Positions 29,984 through 39,262 of a DNA stretch of 64,000 nucleotides are shown here, piece by piece. The notes under the pieces were generated by a model. That model was not told where the DNA came from. It searched no databases and saw nothing but the letters and a program-made list of their open reading frames with translations. The stretch lies in contig JBFMAF010000031.1 of NCBI GenBank assembly GCA_040755995.1, positions 1 through 64,000 of the forward strand, given 5' to 3'. Numbering within the stretch: position 1 is the first letter of the stretch; the number at the start of each line of letters is the position of its first letter. The translations under genes and the position numbers were made by a program. This stretch comes from Acidobacteriota bacterium (GTDB lineage: Bacteria > Acidobacteriota > CAIWXX01).

Positions 29984-31111
29984 CTAGTCCAGGGTCCGAA
30001 GCGCTTCGACGATCCTCGACCGCGATGCATTGATGCCCGGGACGATCGCCCCGAGCAGTCCGATCAACACGGCGATGCCCATGGCGAAGAGCGCCGTGCC
30101 TGGCGTCAGGATGACGGGGACGTACCCGCCGAGGCTTCTGCCCGAGGCCAGCAAGGCGGTCGCGAGCGCGATCCCGATGCCGCCGCCGACGGCGGCGACG
30201 AGGACGAACTCGCCGAGCAGGATTTCCAGGATCTGCCGTTTCCGCAGGCCGAGGCTGCGCAGAATGCCGACCTCGCGCGTGCGCTCGCGCACGGACATCG
30301 ACACGCTGTTGGCGGCACCGAGGATGCTGACGAGGATCGTGGCGAGCACCATTCCGGACAGCATCGTCCGCACCTCGACGAAGTCCTTCAGCTCCTCCTC
30401 CTTCGCCGCCCGTTCCGACTGCGTCTTGGTCGGCTTCGGGAAGTTGGCGAGCGCCGCGTCGATGGATCGCGACACCGGAGCCACTGAGCCCGGGCTCCTG
30501 ACCTGAACGATCATGTAGGTGCTCTTCCCCTCGTCGCGCTTCACCCGGGCAAGGTAGCTCTTGTGCAGGAGGAGCCAGCCGTCGCAGGCGGTGTCGTTGC
30601 TGCGGAAGATCCCCGCGACAGTGAACGTGAGGCGATCCTCAACGAGCGAGACGATCTGGCCGAGCTTCCAGCCGTACTGGTGCGCCAGCCGCGCGCCGAC
30701 GAGCGCGCCGTCATCGCGCGTGACGAACTCGGCCTCGCTCCCCTCCTCGATCCGAACTTCCTTGAGGCTGCGGAAGCGGTCGAAATCGACGCCGGCAACG
30801 ATCACGATGTTCTCTTTGCTGCGGTAAGTATAGATGCCCCGCAGAACTCCTGTGGAGCCGACAACTCCGGGAGTTGCGGCGATGGTGGACAGGTAGGCAT
30901 CGAAGACGCGGCTGCTGACGGGGCAGGCCACGTCCTTTTCGTAGACGTTCAGCAGTGAGTCTCCGGCCGAGCTCACCAGCGCTCCGAACCCGGCCTCCAC
31001 CGCCCGCAGCGCGGTGATGACGAAGACCGACAGGCTGACGCCGGCGACGGTCAGAAGAGTGCGGCGGCGGTTTCTCAGAATGCTCTTGATGATCAGGGGC
31101 AGGAATCTCAT
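29984..31111 (-). CDS. MacB/FtsX-type ABC transporter permease
   Basis: RNRRRTLLT, SVRERTREVGILRSLG. Confidence 0.92.
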   Translation of the reverse strand: MRFLPLIIKSILRNRRRTLLTVAGVSLSVFVITALRAVEAGFGALVSSAGDSLLNVYEKDVACPVSSRVFDAYLSTIAATPGVVGSTGVLRGIYTYRSKENIVIVAGVDFDRFRSLKEVRIEEGSEAEFVTRDDGALVGARLAHQYGWKLGQIVSLVEDRLTFTVAGIFRSNDTACDGWLLLHKSYLARVKRDEGKSTYMIVQVRSPGSVAPVSRSIDAALANFPKPTKTQSERAAKEEELKDFVEVRTMLSGMVLATILVSILGAANSVSMSVRERTREVGILRSLGLRKRQILEILLGEFVLVAAVGGGIGIALATALLASGRSLGGYVPVILTPGTALFAMGIAVLIGLLGAIVPGINASRSRIVEALRTLD

Positions 31112-31812
31112 TGTGGCCTCCCTTCCGTGTGCGGCTCGTGCAGGAGCTCGCCCTTGTTGAGGCGCACGAGCCGTTTGGCGCGGGCCGCGGCGCCCGAGTC
31201 ATGCGTCACCATCAGGATCGTCTTGTGGAATTCGCGGTTCAGCGTATCGAGCAGGTCCAGGATGTTTCCGGCCGCGGCTGCGTCGAGGTTGCCGGTCGGC
31301 TCGTCGGCGATGATCAGCTTCGGGTCGGTGACGAAGGCGCGCGCCACCGCGGTGCGCTGCTCCTCGCCTCCGCTCAACTGCCGCGGGTAGTGGTGTGCCC
31401 GATGCTGGAGCCCGACGACCTCCAGCGCGGCCAGCGCGCGCCGCCGCCGCTCCTCCTTCGCCATCTCGAACAACAGCAGCGGCAGCTCGACGTTCTCCAC
31501 CGCCGTGAGCACCGGCAACAGGTTGTACTGCTGGAACACGAAGCCGACGTTCGCGGTCCGCCAGGCGGCCAGGCCGTTGTCGTCGAGATCCGCGATGTCG
31601 GTGCCGGCGACCACGACGGAGCCCGAGCTGGGACCGTCGATGCCGCCGACTATGTTGAGCAGCGTCGTCTTGCCCGAGCCCGACGGGCCCATCAGCGAGA
31701 CGTAGTCGCCCGCGTCGAGCTCGAGATTGATGTTGGTCAGGACGCTGACTTCGTGGTCACCCCGCCGATAGGTCTTCGATAGCTGCTTCACGCTGAGAAG
31801 GTTGTCGCTCAC
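31108..31812 (-). CDS. ABC transporter ATP-binding protein (MacB/LolD type)
   Basis: GPSGSGKT, LSGGEEQR, ADEPTGNLD, VTHD. Confidence 0.95.
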   Translation of the reverse strand: MSDNLLSVKQLSKTYRRGDHEVSVLTNINLELDAGDYVSLMGPSGSGKTTLLNIVGGIDGPSSGSVVVAGTDIADLDDNGLAAWRTANVGFVFQQYNLLPVLTAVENVELPLLLFEMAKEERRRRALAALEVVGLQHRAHHYPRQLSGGEEQRTAVARAFVTDPKLIIADEPTGNLDAAAAGNILDLLDTLNREFHKTILMVTHDSGAAARAKRLVRLNKGELLHEPHTEGRPQ

Positions 31813-31863
31813 TTCTTCCTCCTTTCCTTATCCAATCCACGTTCCGTCCGAGGCACGGGCGGA

Positions 31864-33222
31864 TCACCGGGTCTCGATCCGCGTCCCATCGCCGAGATTC
31901 TCCATCCCCGAGATGACCACCAGATCCCCCTCTCCGAGGCCTCTGGTAACTACCACCCTGTCCGGTTCGCGCGCGCCGATTTCGATGGCGCGGAGCGCGG
32001 CGCGCGAGTCCATGACAAGGAAGACGAACGGCCGGCCACCCCGATCGACGATCGCGCTCGCCGGGATCCCAACGCCGGCCGGCCCTCGGTCCGGCGAGCG
32101 CTCCTCCAGAAACGTGAGCTTGACACTCATGTCGTAGGGAAGGATTCGAGCGGATGCTTCGATCGTCGCCTTCACCTCGATCGTGTTCTTGTTTCTGTCG
32201 GCGCGCGGCGCGATGCGGGTCACCTCGCCGAGGATCACCTCGCCGGGCCAGGCGTTCGGCGACACCTCGACGGACTGGTGGAGCCGTACCTTGCCGATGT
32301 CGGTCTCGCTGATGTCGGCTGCGACCTCTTGCTTTCCGAGGTCGGCCATCGACACTACGGGCGAGCCGGCGGCCAGGGTGTCGTATCCCTCGATGTAGGG
32401 CACACCGGGCGCGACGAAGTCACCGACGTCGCTGAACTTCCTTAGAACGCGGCCCGTCACCGGGGCGCGGATCGTCGCGTAGGCCAGACGGTCGCTCGCG
32501 GCAGTCCAGCGCGCTTGCGCGGCGGCCAGCGAGGCCTCGGCCATCTCGATCTCCTCTCTTCGCGGCCCGGCCTCCGCCATGCTGAGCGAATGATGAGCAG
32601 CCGCCAGGTCGCTTTCGCTGACATCGAGCTCGGTGCAGGCCTGATCGAACGCCTGAGCCGAAAGAAAGCCCGACTCGAAGAGCGCCTTGCTGCGGACCAT
32701 CTCGCGCTGCGCCCTCTCCTTGGCTGCCATGAGACCCTGCACCCTGGCTCGTGCCACGGCAACCTCCTCCACGCGGGTCCCGGCTTGCAGCCGGCTGAGA
32801 CCGGCCTGGGCGAGCGCGACGTTGGCCCGCGCCTCGGCCTCCTCGACCTCGAAGTCGCGGCTGTCGATTTTCGCGATGACCTCGCCCTGGCCGATCTCGT
32901 CTCCTTCGGCGACGCACAGCGAGACGATCCGCCCCTGGACCTTGGGCACGACGTAGACGACCTTCGCGGCTCGCACGTAGCCGCCGGCCGTGAGCGTGGG
33001 CGCCGAGCCCTGTGCGCCTGCCGGCGCAGTCACCGTGATCACCTCTACCGGCACCGCCCTTGCCGAAACGATGCGCCACGTCCCGGCAGCCGTCATGACG
33101 GCGGCGGCGACCGCGCCGATCACCAGGTGTTTCCAGCGCCGGGCCCGTTTGGGATCGCCCCGTGTCGCGTTCCGAATGTGCTGGCTCTTGTCGATCCGCA
33201 GACCTTCAAGCAGCTCTTTCAT
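31864..33222 (-). CDS. efflux periplasmic adaptor (MacA/HlyD family)
   Basis: N-terminal TM, lipoyl halves (VAEGDEI..G; IRAPVTG), long helical hairpin. Confidence 0.92.
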   Translation of the reverse strand: MKELLEGLRIDKSQHIRNATRGDPKRARRWKHLVIGAVAAAVMTAAGTWRIVSARAVPVEVITVTAPAGAQGSAPTLTAGGYVRAAKVVYVVPKVQGRIVSLCVAEGDEIGQGEVIAKIDSRDFEVEEAEARANVALAQAGLSRLQAGTRVEEVAVARARVQGLMAAKERAQREMVRSKALFESGFLSAQAFDQACTELDVSESDLAAAHHSLSMAEAGPRREEIEMAEASLAAAQARWTAASDRLAYATIRAPVTGRVLRKFSDVGDFVAPGVPYIEGYDTLAAGSPVVSMADLGKQEVAADISETDIGKVRLHQSVEVSPNAWPGEVILGEVTRIAPRADRNKNTIEVKATIEASARILPYDMSVKLTFLEERSPDRGPAGVGIPASAIVDRGGRPFVFLVMDSRAALRAIEIGAREPDRVVVTRGLGEGDLVVISGMENLGDGTRIETR

Positions 33223-33307
33223 CGCGTCCCTCCTGTGCTGCAACGTCTCGGCGGCCGCGCGGGCCTGCTGTGCCGGGCGCCGGGCGAGAAGAAATACTGG
33301 TCGATGT

Positions 33308-33322
33308 GTTTAGACATATTTA
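33308..33322 (-). promoter_or_regulatory. candidate ArsR operator upstream of the efflux genes
   Basis: TAAATATGTCTAAAC, 13/15 identical to TAAATATGTATGAAC at 33743..33757. Confidence 0.55.
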
Positions 33323-33386
33323 CCTCTCCGAAACACAAAAAAACGCTGCGGCAGCGCCCTGGTGACAACGCTGTGGAGGCGGCTGT

Positions 33387-33752
33387 TCACTTGTCACTCC
33401 GGTGCTGACAACAGTTCTCGATGGCGTCGGCGACCGCCCGCAGCGTGTCCACGATGCAGTTCCGGCAGATGGAATAGTAGACCTCCTGACCTTCCTTTTC
33501 GGTCTGCACCAGGCCGCCGGTCTTGAGCACCTTCAGGTGATGCGAGATGGCCGGCCGGCTGATGCTGAACTGATCGGCGATGTCGCCGACGCACATCCGC
33601 CTCGCCCTGGCGAGCATGGCGACGATCTTGAGGCGCGTCGGCTCGATCAGCGCCAGCACGGTTTCCATCGCCTTCTGGTCGATAGGCGACGCGCAGGCGA
33701 GCTTATTTGCGGGTCTAGTCTCAGTTGTCATTTGGTAAATCCGTTCATACAT
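33387..33752 (-). CDS. ArsR/SmtB-family repressor with C-terminal Cys pair (start 33752 or 33731)
   Basis: EPTRLKI, SRPAISHHLKVL, G.EVYY, C-terminal CRNC...ENCC. Confidence 0.9.
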   Translation of the reverse strand: MYERIYQMTTETRPANKLACASPIDQKAMETVLALIEPTRLKIVAMLARARRMCVGDIADQFSISRPAISHHLKVLKTGGLVQTEKEGQEVYYSICRNCIVDTLRAVADAIENCCQHRSDK

Positions 33753-33786
33753 ATTTAATTATAGTACCGGTACCTCCGGTTGTCAA
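33743..33786 (-). promoter_or_regulatory. consensus sigma70 promoter with overlapping operator for arsR
   Basis: TTGACA-17 nt-TATAAT directly followed by TAAATATGTATGAAC. Confidence 0.85.
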
Positions 33787-33949
33787 GTACCTTGGCACAC
33801 AAGCACACAAGTGTGCGTAGCAGATCTGGGGGCGGCGGGACCCCCACCCACGCCAGAGGAGGTGACTCAGGCATACAACAGCAGGAACCAGAGCACAGAC
33901 AACTTGGCACCAGAATCAACACGAGGATGGGACCCTTCCGGAGTCGCCC

Positions 33950-34027
33950 AGGTGGCTCAGTATCACCCGACACTGGATGGCTCACCATACCCGACTCCGG
34001 GTGGCTCAATTAGCCCGACTCTTGACA
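33950..34027. mobile_element. IS21-family-like terminal region (solo end, no transposase)
   Basis: Three contiguous 24-25 bp repeats (GRTGGCTCA-N5/6-CCCGAC) ending in TTGACA. Confidence 0.55.
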
Positions 34028-34069
34028 CCGCAGAAGTCAGAGGGGCTTTGCGATGTAGCTAGTTCGTCG

Positions 34070-34330
34070 TCAAGGTTGCGAGGGGGGGTTGATACTCTGG
34101 TCTTCCTGTGCGGCATCTTGGGTCGGGTCCATGACTGCCCCAATGATCATGAGTGCGCCGGTAAGTCGGTCACGAATCGTGAACAGGAACGGCCTGTCCA
34201 GTTTCAGATGGAAGCGCTCTTCTCCTGTCATCATGCCTCCGTAAACTATCCCGACCAGCGTTTCTGCATTTGCCAAGATGCCGGCTTCCGTCACCCGGAT
34301 GTCGACAATCTGGGCCATGTCCGTCAGCCG
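34070..34330 (-). pseudogene. C-terminal fragment of a serpin
   Basis: DIRVTEAG..A.A.T (hinge-like) and LDRPFLFTIRDRLTGALMIIGAVMDP (serpin C-terminal signature); N-terminal part absent. Confidence 0.7.
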
Positions 34331-34349
34331 GGAGCGAGGGATCCGGATC

Positions 34350-34810
34350 ATGCACACGAGATCCCGAAACATCTCCCGCATGTTCATTTCCTCGAGCTGC
34401 CTCCGCAAGTCCTAGCAATCAACCTGGGCGTCGTCGCGATCGCCCTCCTCCTTCCGGGATACCTTGGGCATGGATCGAACCCTTTGTCGGATGAGGTGAA
34501 ACTCGGGTTGGTCGGGCAGTACGTTGTCACGGCCGCTGTTACCTGGGGCATAGTGGCCTTCATCAACGGTAGCCGAGCCGAGCCACTCAACGCGGGCCGG
34601 GCGATGATGCTGACGAGCACCCTGCTTGTCGTCGTCAATACAGCGATCCTCATGATAATGAATGTCCACAGGTTTCTCTCGCCGGAGGCCTGGGGCGGGG
34701 TCGTGGTTGACGTTTCCGTCGGCGGCTGGCTGGTGACGGCCATCGGGTGGCGCCGGTCGCATGAGTTTCAGAAGTCCCGCGCCGAAGAGACGGGGATCGG
34801 GTCCGCCTAG
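34350..34810 (+). pseudogene. 5'-truncated hypothetical membrane-protein fragment
   Basis: Four hydrophobic segments in ORF 33977..34810; no credible start codon. Confidence 0.35.
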
Positions 34811-35210
34811 CCTGGCGTTGGGCGGTATCTTCGGTGCACAGAACCTCTGAAACAGTATGAATTCGACCCTCGCCAGTTCTCCGTCGAGACACTCAAGTTC
34901 GACATCACCTGGATCGCTTGGTACGAAGTCCACTTCTGGCTGAACGAGGACGAGTATCAGCTCTTCGGGAATGATCGGCCGGCTTTCGCAAGCCTCGCTG
35001 AACACTGCGCCGCGGACAAAGGACAGCTGTTCAATCGCGACAAGATAGTCCGGAACAACGGCCCTGGTGGCACTTCCATCCGGCCTAACCAACCGATCCC
35101 CATCTCGGCGATGTGATGCTCCGGGCCCTACGCCGTCGTTGCAGAAGCCGGAAGAAGGCACAGAAGACCCGTACGTAACGCAGACCCTCACAGCCTTGCG
35201 GGCAAACACA

Positions 35211-35239
35211 TTGACACGGGGTTTCATGCTGCATACCAT
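35211..35239 (+). promoter_or_regulatory. sigma70-like promoter upstream of orphan genes
   Basis: TTGACA-17 nt-TACCAT. Confidence 0.5.
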
Positions 35240-35343
35240 CCTGACGGAAGGACAACAAGCCGCGTCTATCCGGAACCAGGATAGACACCGGCTGGGCTTG
35301 AATTGAACCAAACCATGCGGCCTCCCGTTAGGCGGAAGACGAC

Positions 35344-36072
35344 ATGTGGCCATTTCGACGAAAGCACCCGGAACCAGACACGGGGCTGATCGGACAGTGG
35401 CGCCTCGATAAGCGCGATTCCGCTGCCTTGGCCAACTACGGTGATCACGCGATGACCTTCACCTCACACGGGGAGCTGGTCTACATGACCATAGCCGACC
35501 CAGAGATCAGCGGCCGCGTGCTTCTTGTCTATAGCGTAGAAGGATCGCTGCTGATCACCGATCAGCCAAGCGATCCCCGACAAGAGCGAACAGTCTACCG
35601 CATTCACGGCGACAGGCTGCTTCTTGGCGAACCGCCAGTCATACTGGTTCGAGATCACGCCGAGTCGTCCGATCCCCTTGCGGGCGCCCTGGCGCTCGGC
35701 ACCGCGGCGATCGAGCACGGGCTCGGTTCTGCGCATCCCGATTCGGCCTTCGTCCCCTTCCTAATGACGCAGACTGCCTCGGGGCGCCAATTGTACCGGT
35801 TCGTTACGGATACCGCCGAGGAGGCCAACAAGGCGGCCCATGCACGATTCCGCGAGCTTCGCAGGGAGATCGAGGTTTCGGCATGGGTGTATGACGGCTA
35901 CCTCACCGTTGGCCAGGACAAGTTTGACGCGGTACTCGCCGAACTGAGCTCCCGGCGCTCACCAACCGGGCTTCTTCTCGCACAGCCCTACGCGATCGAG
36001 AAGTTCCCCGCCAAACGTGTTGCTCCGTTGCAAACGCGGGAGTGGGATTCGTGGTTTACTTCCGCCTGCTAG
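35344..36072 (+). CDS. hypothetical protein (cassette-like orphan)
   Basis: 242-aa ORF beginning MWPFRRK, 10 nt after GTTAGGC. Confidence 0.65.
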   Translation: MWPFRRKHPEPDTGLIGQWRLDKRDSAALANYGDHAMTFTSHGELVYMTIADPEISGRVLLVYSVEGSLLITDQPSDPRQERTVYRIHGDRLLLGEPPVILVRDHAESSDPLAGALALGTAAIEHGLGSAHPDSAFVPFLMTQTASGRQLYRFVTDTAEEANKAAHARFRELRREIEVSAWVYDGYLTVGQDKFDAVLAELSSRRSPTGLLLAQPYAIEKFPAKRVAPLQTREWDSWFTSAC

Positions 36073-36079
36073 CCATCCC

Positions 36080-36841
36080 ATGTCTGCATTGGCAACTTTC
36101 GCAGCAGTAGTCGTTTCAGCCGCGGCAGTTGCGCTCGTGGTAGTGCTAGTGCGCTTCAATCAGAAGCGCCTATATATTGCACGATGCGCCGCTGCCGCTG
36201 CGCACGAGCAGCTTGAGCGTATCTACTGTCTTGTCGACCAAACTGGGACTACGACGTCGAACGGCTATGTCCTAGCTCGTACGAACAAGAGAGTGGACAA
36301 CACAGCTTGCCTCATACCGATCCCCACGGGACTGCCCGACTTTCCATGGGCTGGGAGGGTAGTTGAGGTCAAGGTAGCCGAGACAGTAGAGTTCCGGTTC
36401 GTCAAGTCCGTGGCAGCCGAGCCCTGGCTGCTGGGTCGCGCGTATCGCCCTGTGCGCGTCGCCCGGCACCAGACAAAGAACCGCGCCGAGGCTCGAAATA
36501 CGTTCTCGCCAAGGTGGTACGTGGCCAACAGCAAGGAGTTGTTGGAGGCTCTATGGGCCGTGTGTCCGAAATACCCGACCGAACTACTCTCCTACCTGTT
36601 GTGCGTCGGCGGGTTGAGCTTCGAATTCGAACCGATCGACCAAGGCCGGATCGGCACCAGTCCGGCCTGGGTTCAGGATCCCGAGCACCAAACCTGCGAC
36701 AAGTGCAAGAAGCGGATGTATCTAGTGTTGCAGTTGCCTGGAACGGTGATCAGCAAGAAGGCGTTTCACAGGGGTACGTTTTTCTTCTTCGGCTGTCGTG
36801 CACACCCGAATGAAACCAAGACTCTTGCGCAGTTCACCTGA
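36080..36841 (+). CDS. hypothetical protein with N-terminal TM and DUF1963/YwqG-like C-terminal motif
   Basis: RIGTSPAWVQDPE..TCDKC...M.LVLQL...G..FFFGC. Confidence 0.6.
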   Translation: MSALATFAAVVVSAAAVALVVVLVRFNQKRLYIARCAAAAAHEQLERIYCLVDQTGTTTSNGYVLARTNKRVDNTACLIPIPTGLPDFPWAGRVVEVKVAETVEFRFVKSVAAEPWLLGRAYRPVRVARHQTKNRAEARNTFSPRWYVANSKELLEALWAVCPKYPTELLSYLLCVGGLSFEFEPIDQGRIGTSPAWVQDPEHQTCDKCKKRMYLVLQLPGTVISKKAFHRGTFFFFGCRAHPNETKTLAQFT

Positions 36842-37028
36842 AGACGTCTATCCTTTGAGTCGAGCCGGGTCTCGCGCCCCAGAGCCCCAACCGACCGATC
36901 GTAGCGACGATTCCGTGCTGAGATCGGGCTGGAGGCGAGGCTCGCCTTCCAGCCTCAGCTAGAGGAATACTACCATCGTAGTAGGAAGCCACCACTGAAA
37001 CCAAGCCAGGCCACCAACCGGGGTATGC

Positions 37029-37170
37029 TCATACTCCCCTTAGTGGCCTGTGGAAGCGCTCTTCATAGGCCCGTTTGATCTTGTCGAAGTGATGATAGAG
37101 GACGGCGAAGAAAACAGCCTTCCCGGGATGGCGCGGCCTGTAAGGCGCTGGCTTCGCAGATGAGGATTGT
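37029..37170 (-). pseudogene. N-terminal remnant of an IS91-family-like transposase
   Basis: YRPRHPGKAVFFAVLYHHF...YEERF..LR.V resembles the N-terminus of these transposases; truncated. Confidence 0.45.
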
Positions 37171-37564
37171 AAAGCGTCCACAGTCCATACATGGACGCAG
37201 TGTTGGGGCCACCCGCGCTTGGTGCCTATCGTCTGCAAATCGCAGGACAGCGCGTGTAACCGGACTGTCATCCCTTTCGCCTAGATACCGAATTGCTGTT
37301 GGGCGGAGTTCCTTCTCCCCTATACTGGGCTCGTGCCCGTACCCGTCCCGCACCCAGCGCCAACTCCCGGAAGGCGAACGCGGACGATCTGCTGGAGACG
37401 CCACAAAGGCACCCAAGGCAAGATGAAAAACGAAAAACGCAGAAGGACTCGACTCTTGGATCCGGCATTTCGCACTTCGCACTGATTTGACTTCCCCGAC
37501 CGAGCGCGGGTATTATGCGTCCTCGTCCTTGTAATTCCGTTCCGAGGACAGAGGAGGACAGCCG

Positions 37565-39202
37565 GTGAGCACGCTGAGTTTCTTCAGAAAACGAAAAGTC
37601 GACAGGTTTCAGGTAAGGCAGCCGGAGACGACGTACACAGGCGCGAGGATATACCCCCCTCAGAAGGGCCTGCCCAAGATCACTCAATCTCTATGCCCCG
37701 AGTGCACGTCGGTCATAGATGCGCGGGTCTTCGAGGAAGACGGGGCTGTCTTCATGGAGAAGACGTGCCCGCAACACGGGTACTGCAAGGACCTCATCTT
37801 GTCGGACGCCAAGCTGTACTACAAGATGCAGCAATGGGGATTTGGAGACAACCGCGGCCTCGCGAACCCCGCGGTGCCGAACGCCGCCAGGTGCCCGGAA
37901 CAGTGCGGCCTCTGCGGAATGCACACGTCCCACACCGGTCTGGCCAACATCGATCTGACGAACCGCTGCAACCTGACCTGCCCGGTCTGTTTCGCCAACG
38001 CGAACGCGGCGGGCTACCTGTATGAACCGTCGCTCGAGTACGTCCGCAAGATGCTCACGGCCCTTCGTTCGCTACAGCCCTGCCCCGCGCGCGTGATCCA
38101 GTTCTCAGGCGGAGAGCCCACCATCTACCCGCATTTCTTCGAGGCGTTGAAGATGGCCAGGGAGGTGGGTTTCACACACATCCAGTGCGCAACCAACGGG
38201 CTGGCGTTCAGCGATATCGAGTTCGCGGCGAAGGCCAAGGAATCCGGCCTTCACACCCTCTACCTCCAGCTCGACGGCACCCTCGACACGGTCTACCAGA
38301 GGACGCGAGGCGAGGAGCTGGCAGCCGCCAAGCTCAAGTGCATCGAGAACGTCAAGGCCGTCGGCCTCAAGATCGTCTTCGTCCCCACAATCGTCAAGGG
38401 CGTCAACGATCACCAGATCGGCGACATCATCCGCCTGGCCCTGCAGAACATCGAGTGCATCTCCGGGATCAGCTTCCAGCCCGTGGCGTTCACCGGCCGG
38501 ATCGCGCGGCGCCAGCGCGAGGCCATGCGATTTACCCTGTCAGACCTCGCGCGCTGCGTCGAAGAGCAGACGGGATTGGCAGACCGCTACCGCGATTGGT
38601 ACCCGCTCGCCTTCACATCGCCCTTCAGCCGCCTCGTCAGCGCCATCCGCGGTTCGGAGACCATGACCCTCACCTGCCATCCGAACTGCTCGATGGGCAC
38701 CTACTTCTTCGTAGATCAGGACCGCAACGCGACACCCGTGACGAAGTTCCTGAACTGCGAAGAGATGATGAAGGACATGGACCTGCTTGCGCGCAAGACC
38801 GGCTCCTCTTCATTCAAGTTCTACTCGCAGCTCAAGGCCTGGAACTCGCTGCGGCGGCATTTCAACGAGAAGGAGGCGCCCAAAGGGCTCACCTTCAAGC
38901 GGTTCCTCGCGACGCTCCAGGGCTTCACCGACAAGCGATACGGCCGCGGCGCCATGGACGGCACCTACACGTACAAGACGCTCATGGTAGCGGGTATGCA
39001 CTTCATGGACCACTACAACTACGACGTCGAACGCGTCAAGCGGTGTGTCATTCATTACGCCGCCCCGAACGGGATCGTCTACCCGTTCTGTGCTTACAAC
39101 TCCGGTCCGACCTTCCGCGAGAAGATCGAAAAGCGATTCTCGGTGCCGATAGACATCAAGGAGGTCGCGAGAGGCGAGAGGCTGACAGCGGACGACGCAT
39201 AG
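37565..39202 (+). CDS. radical SAM enzyme of the tetraether synthase (Tes / GDGT-MAS, MJ0619) family
   Basis: SLCPEC...KTCPQHG, CPEQCGLC, DLTNRCNLTCPVCFANA, QFSGGEPT, MHFMDHYNYDVERVKRCVIHY...PFCAYN; upstream TTGACT-18-TATTAT and GAGGAGG. Confidence 0.85.
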   Translation: MSTLSFFRKRKVDRFQVRQPETTYTGARIYPPQKGLPKITQSLCPECTSVIDARVFEEDGAVFMEKTCPQHGYCKDLILSDAKLYYKMQQWGFGDNRGLANPAVPNAARCPEQCGLCGMHTSHTGLANIDLTNRCNLTCPVCFANANAAGYLYEPSLEYVRKMLTALRSLQPCPARVIQFSGGEPTIYPHFFEALKMAREVGFTHIQCATNGLAFSDIEFAAKAKESGLHTLYLQLDGTLDTVYQRTRGEELAAAKLKCIENVKAVGLKIVFVPTIVKGVNDHQIGDIIRLALQNIECISGISFQPVAFTGRIARRQREAMRFTLSDLARCVEEQTGLADRYRDWYPLAFTSPFSRLVSAIRGSETMTLTCHPNCSMGTYFFVDQDRNATPVTKFLNCEEMMKDMDLLARKTGSSSFKFYSQLKAWNSLRRHFNEKEAPKGLTFKRFLATLQGFTDKRYGRGAMDGTYTYKTLMVAGMHFMDHYNYDVERVKRCVIHYAAPNGIVYPFCAYNSGPTFREKIEKRFSVPIDIKEVARGERLTADDA

Positions 39203-39225
39203 CCCCATCGGAACACGAGAAAGAC

Positions 39226-39262
39226 AGGCCCTGGCCTTCGTTCCGGAAGGCTGGGGCCTTTT
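39226..39262 (+). terminator. intrinsic terminator after the radical SAM gene
   Basis: AGGCCCTGGCCTTC-loop-GAAGGCTGGGGCCT followed by TTT. Confidence 0.75.

Noticed and set aside
33950..34022. Three ~24-bp repeats as a mini CRISPR array
   Set aside because: Repeats are contiguous with no spacers and there are no cas genes; the layout fits an IS21-type end
35083..35333. GCCTAAC...GTTAGGC as one complete attC site
   Set aside because: 251 bp is longer than typical attC sites and the interior is not an extended palindrome; kept only as degenerate half-sites
34412..35353. 313-aa minus-strand ORF
   Set aside because: Reads as the antisense shadow of plus-strand fragments and crosses a promoter region
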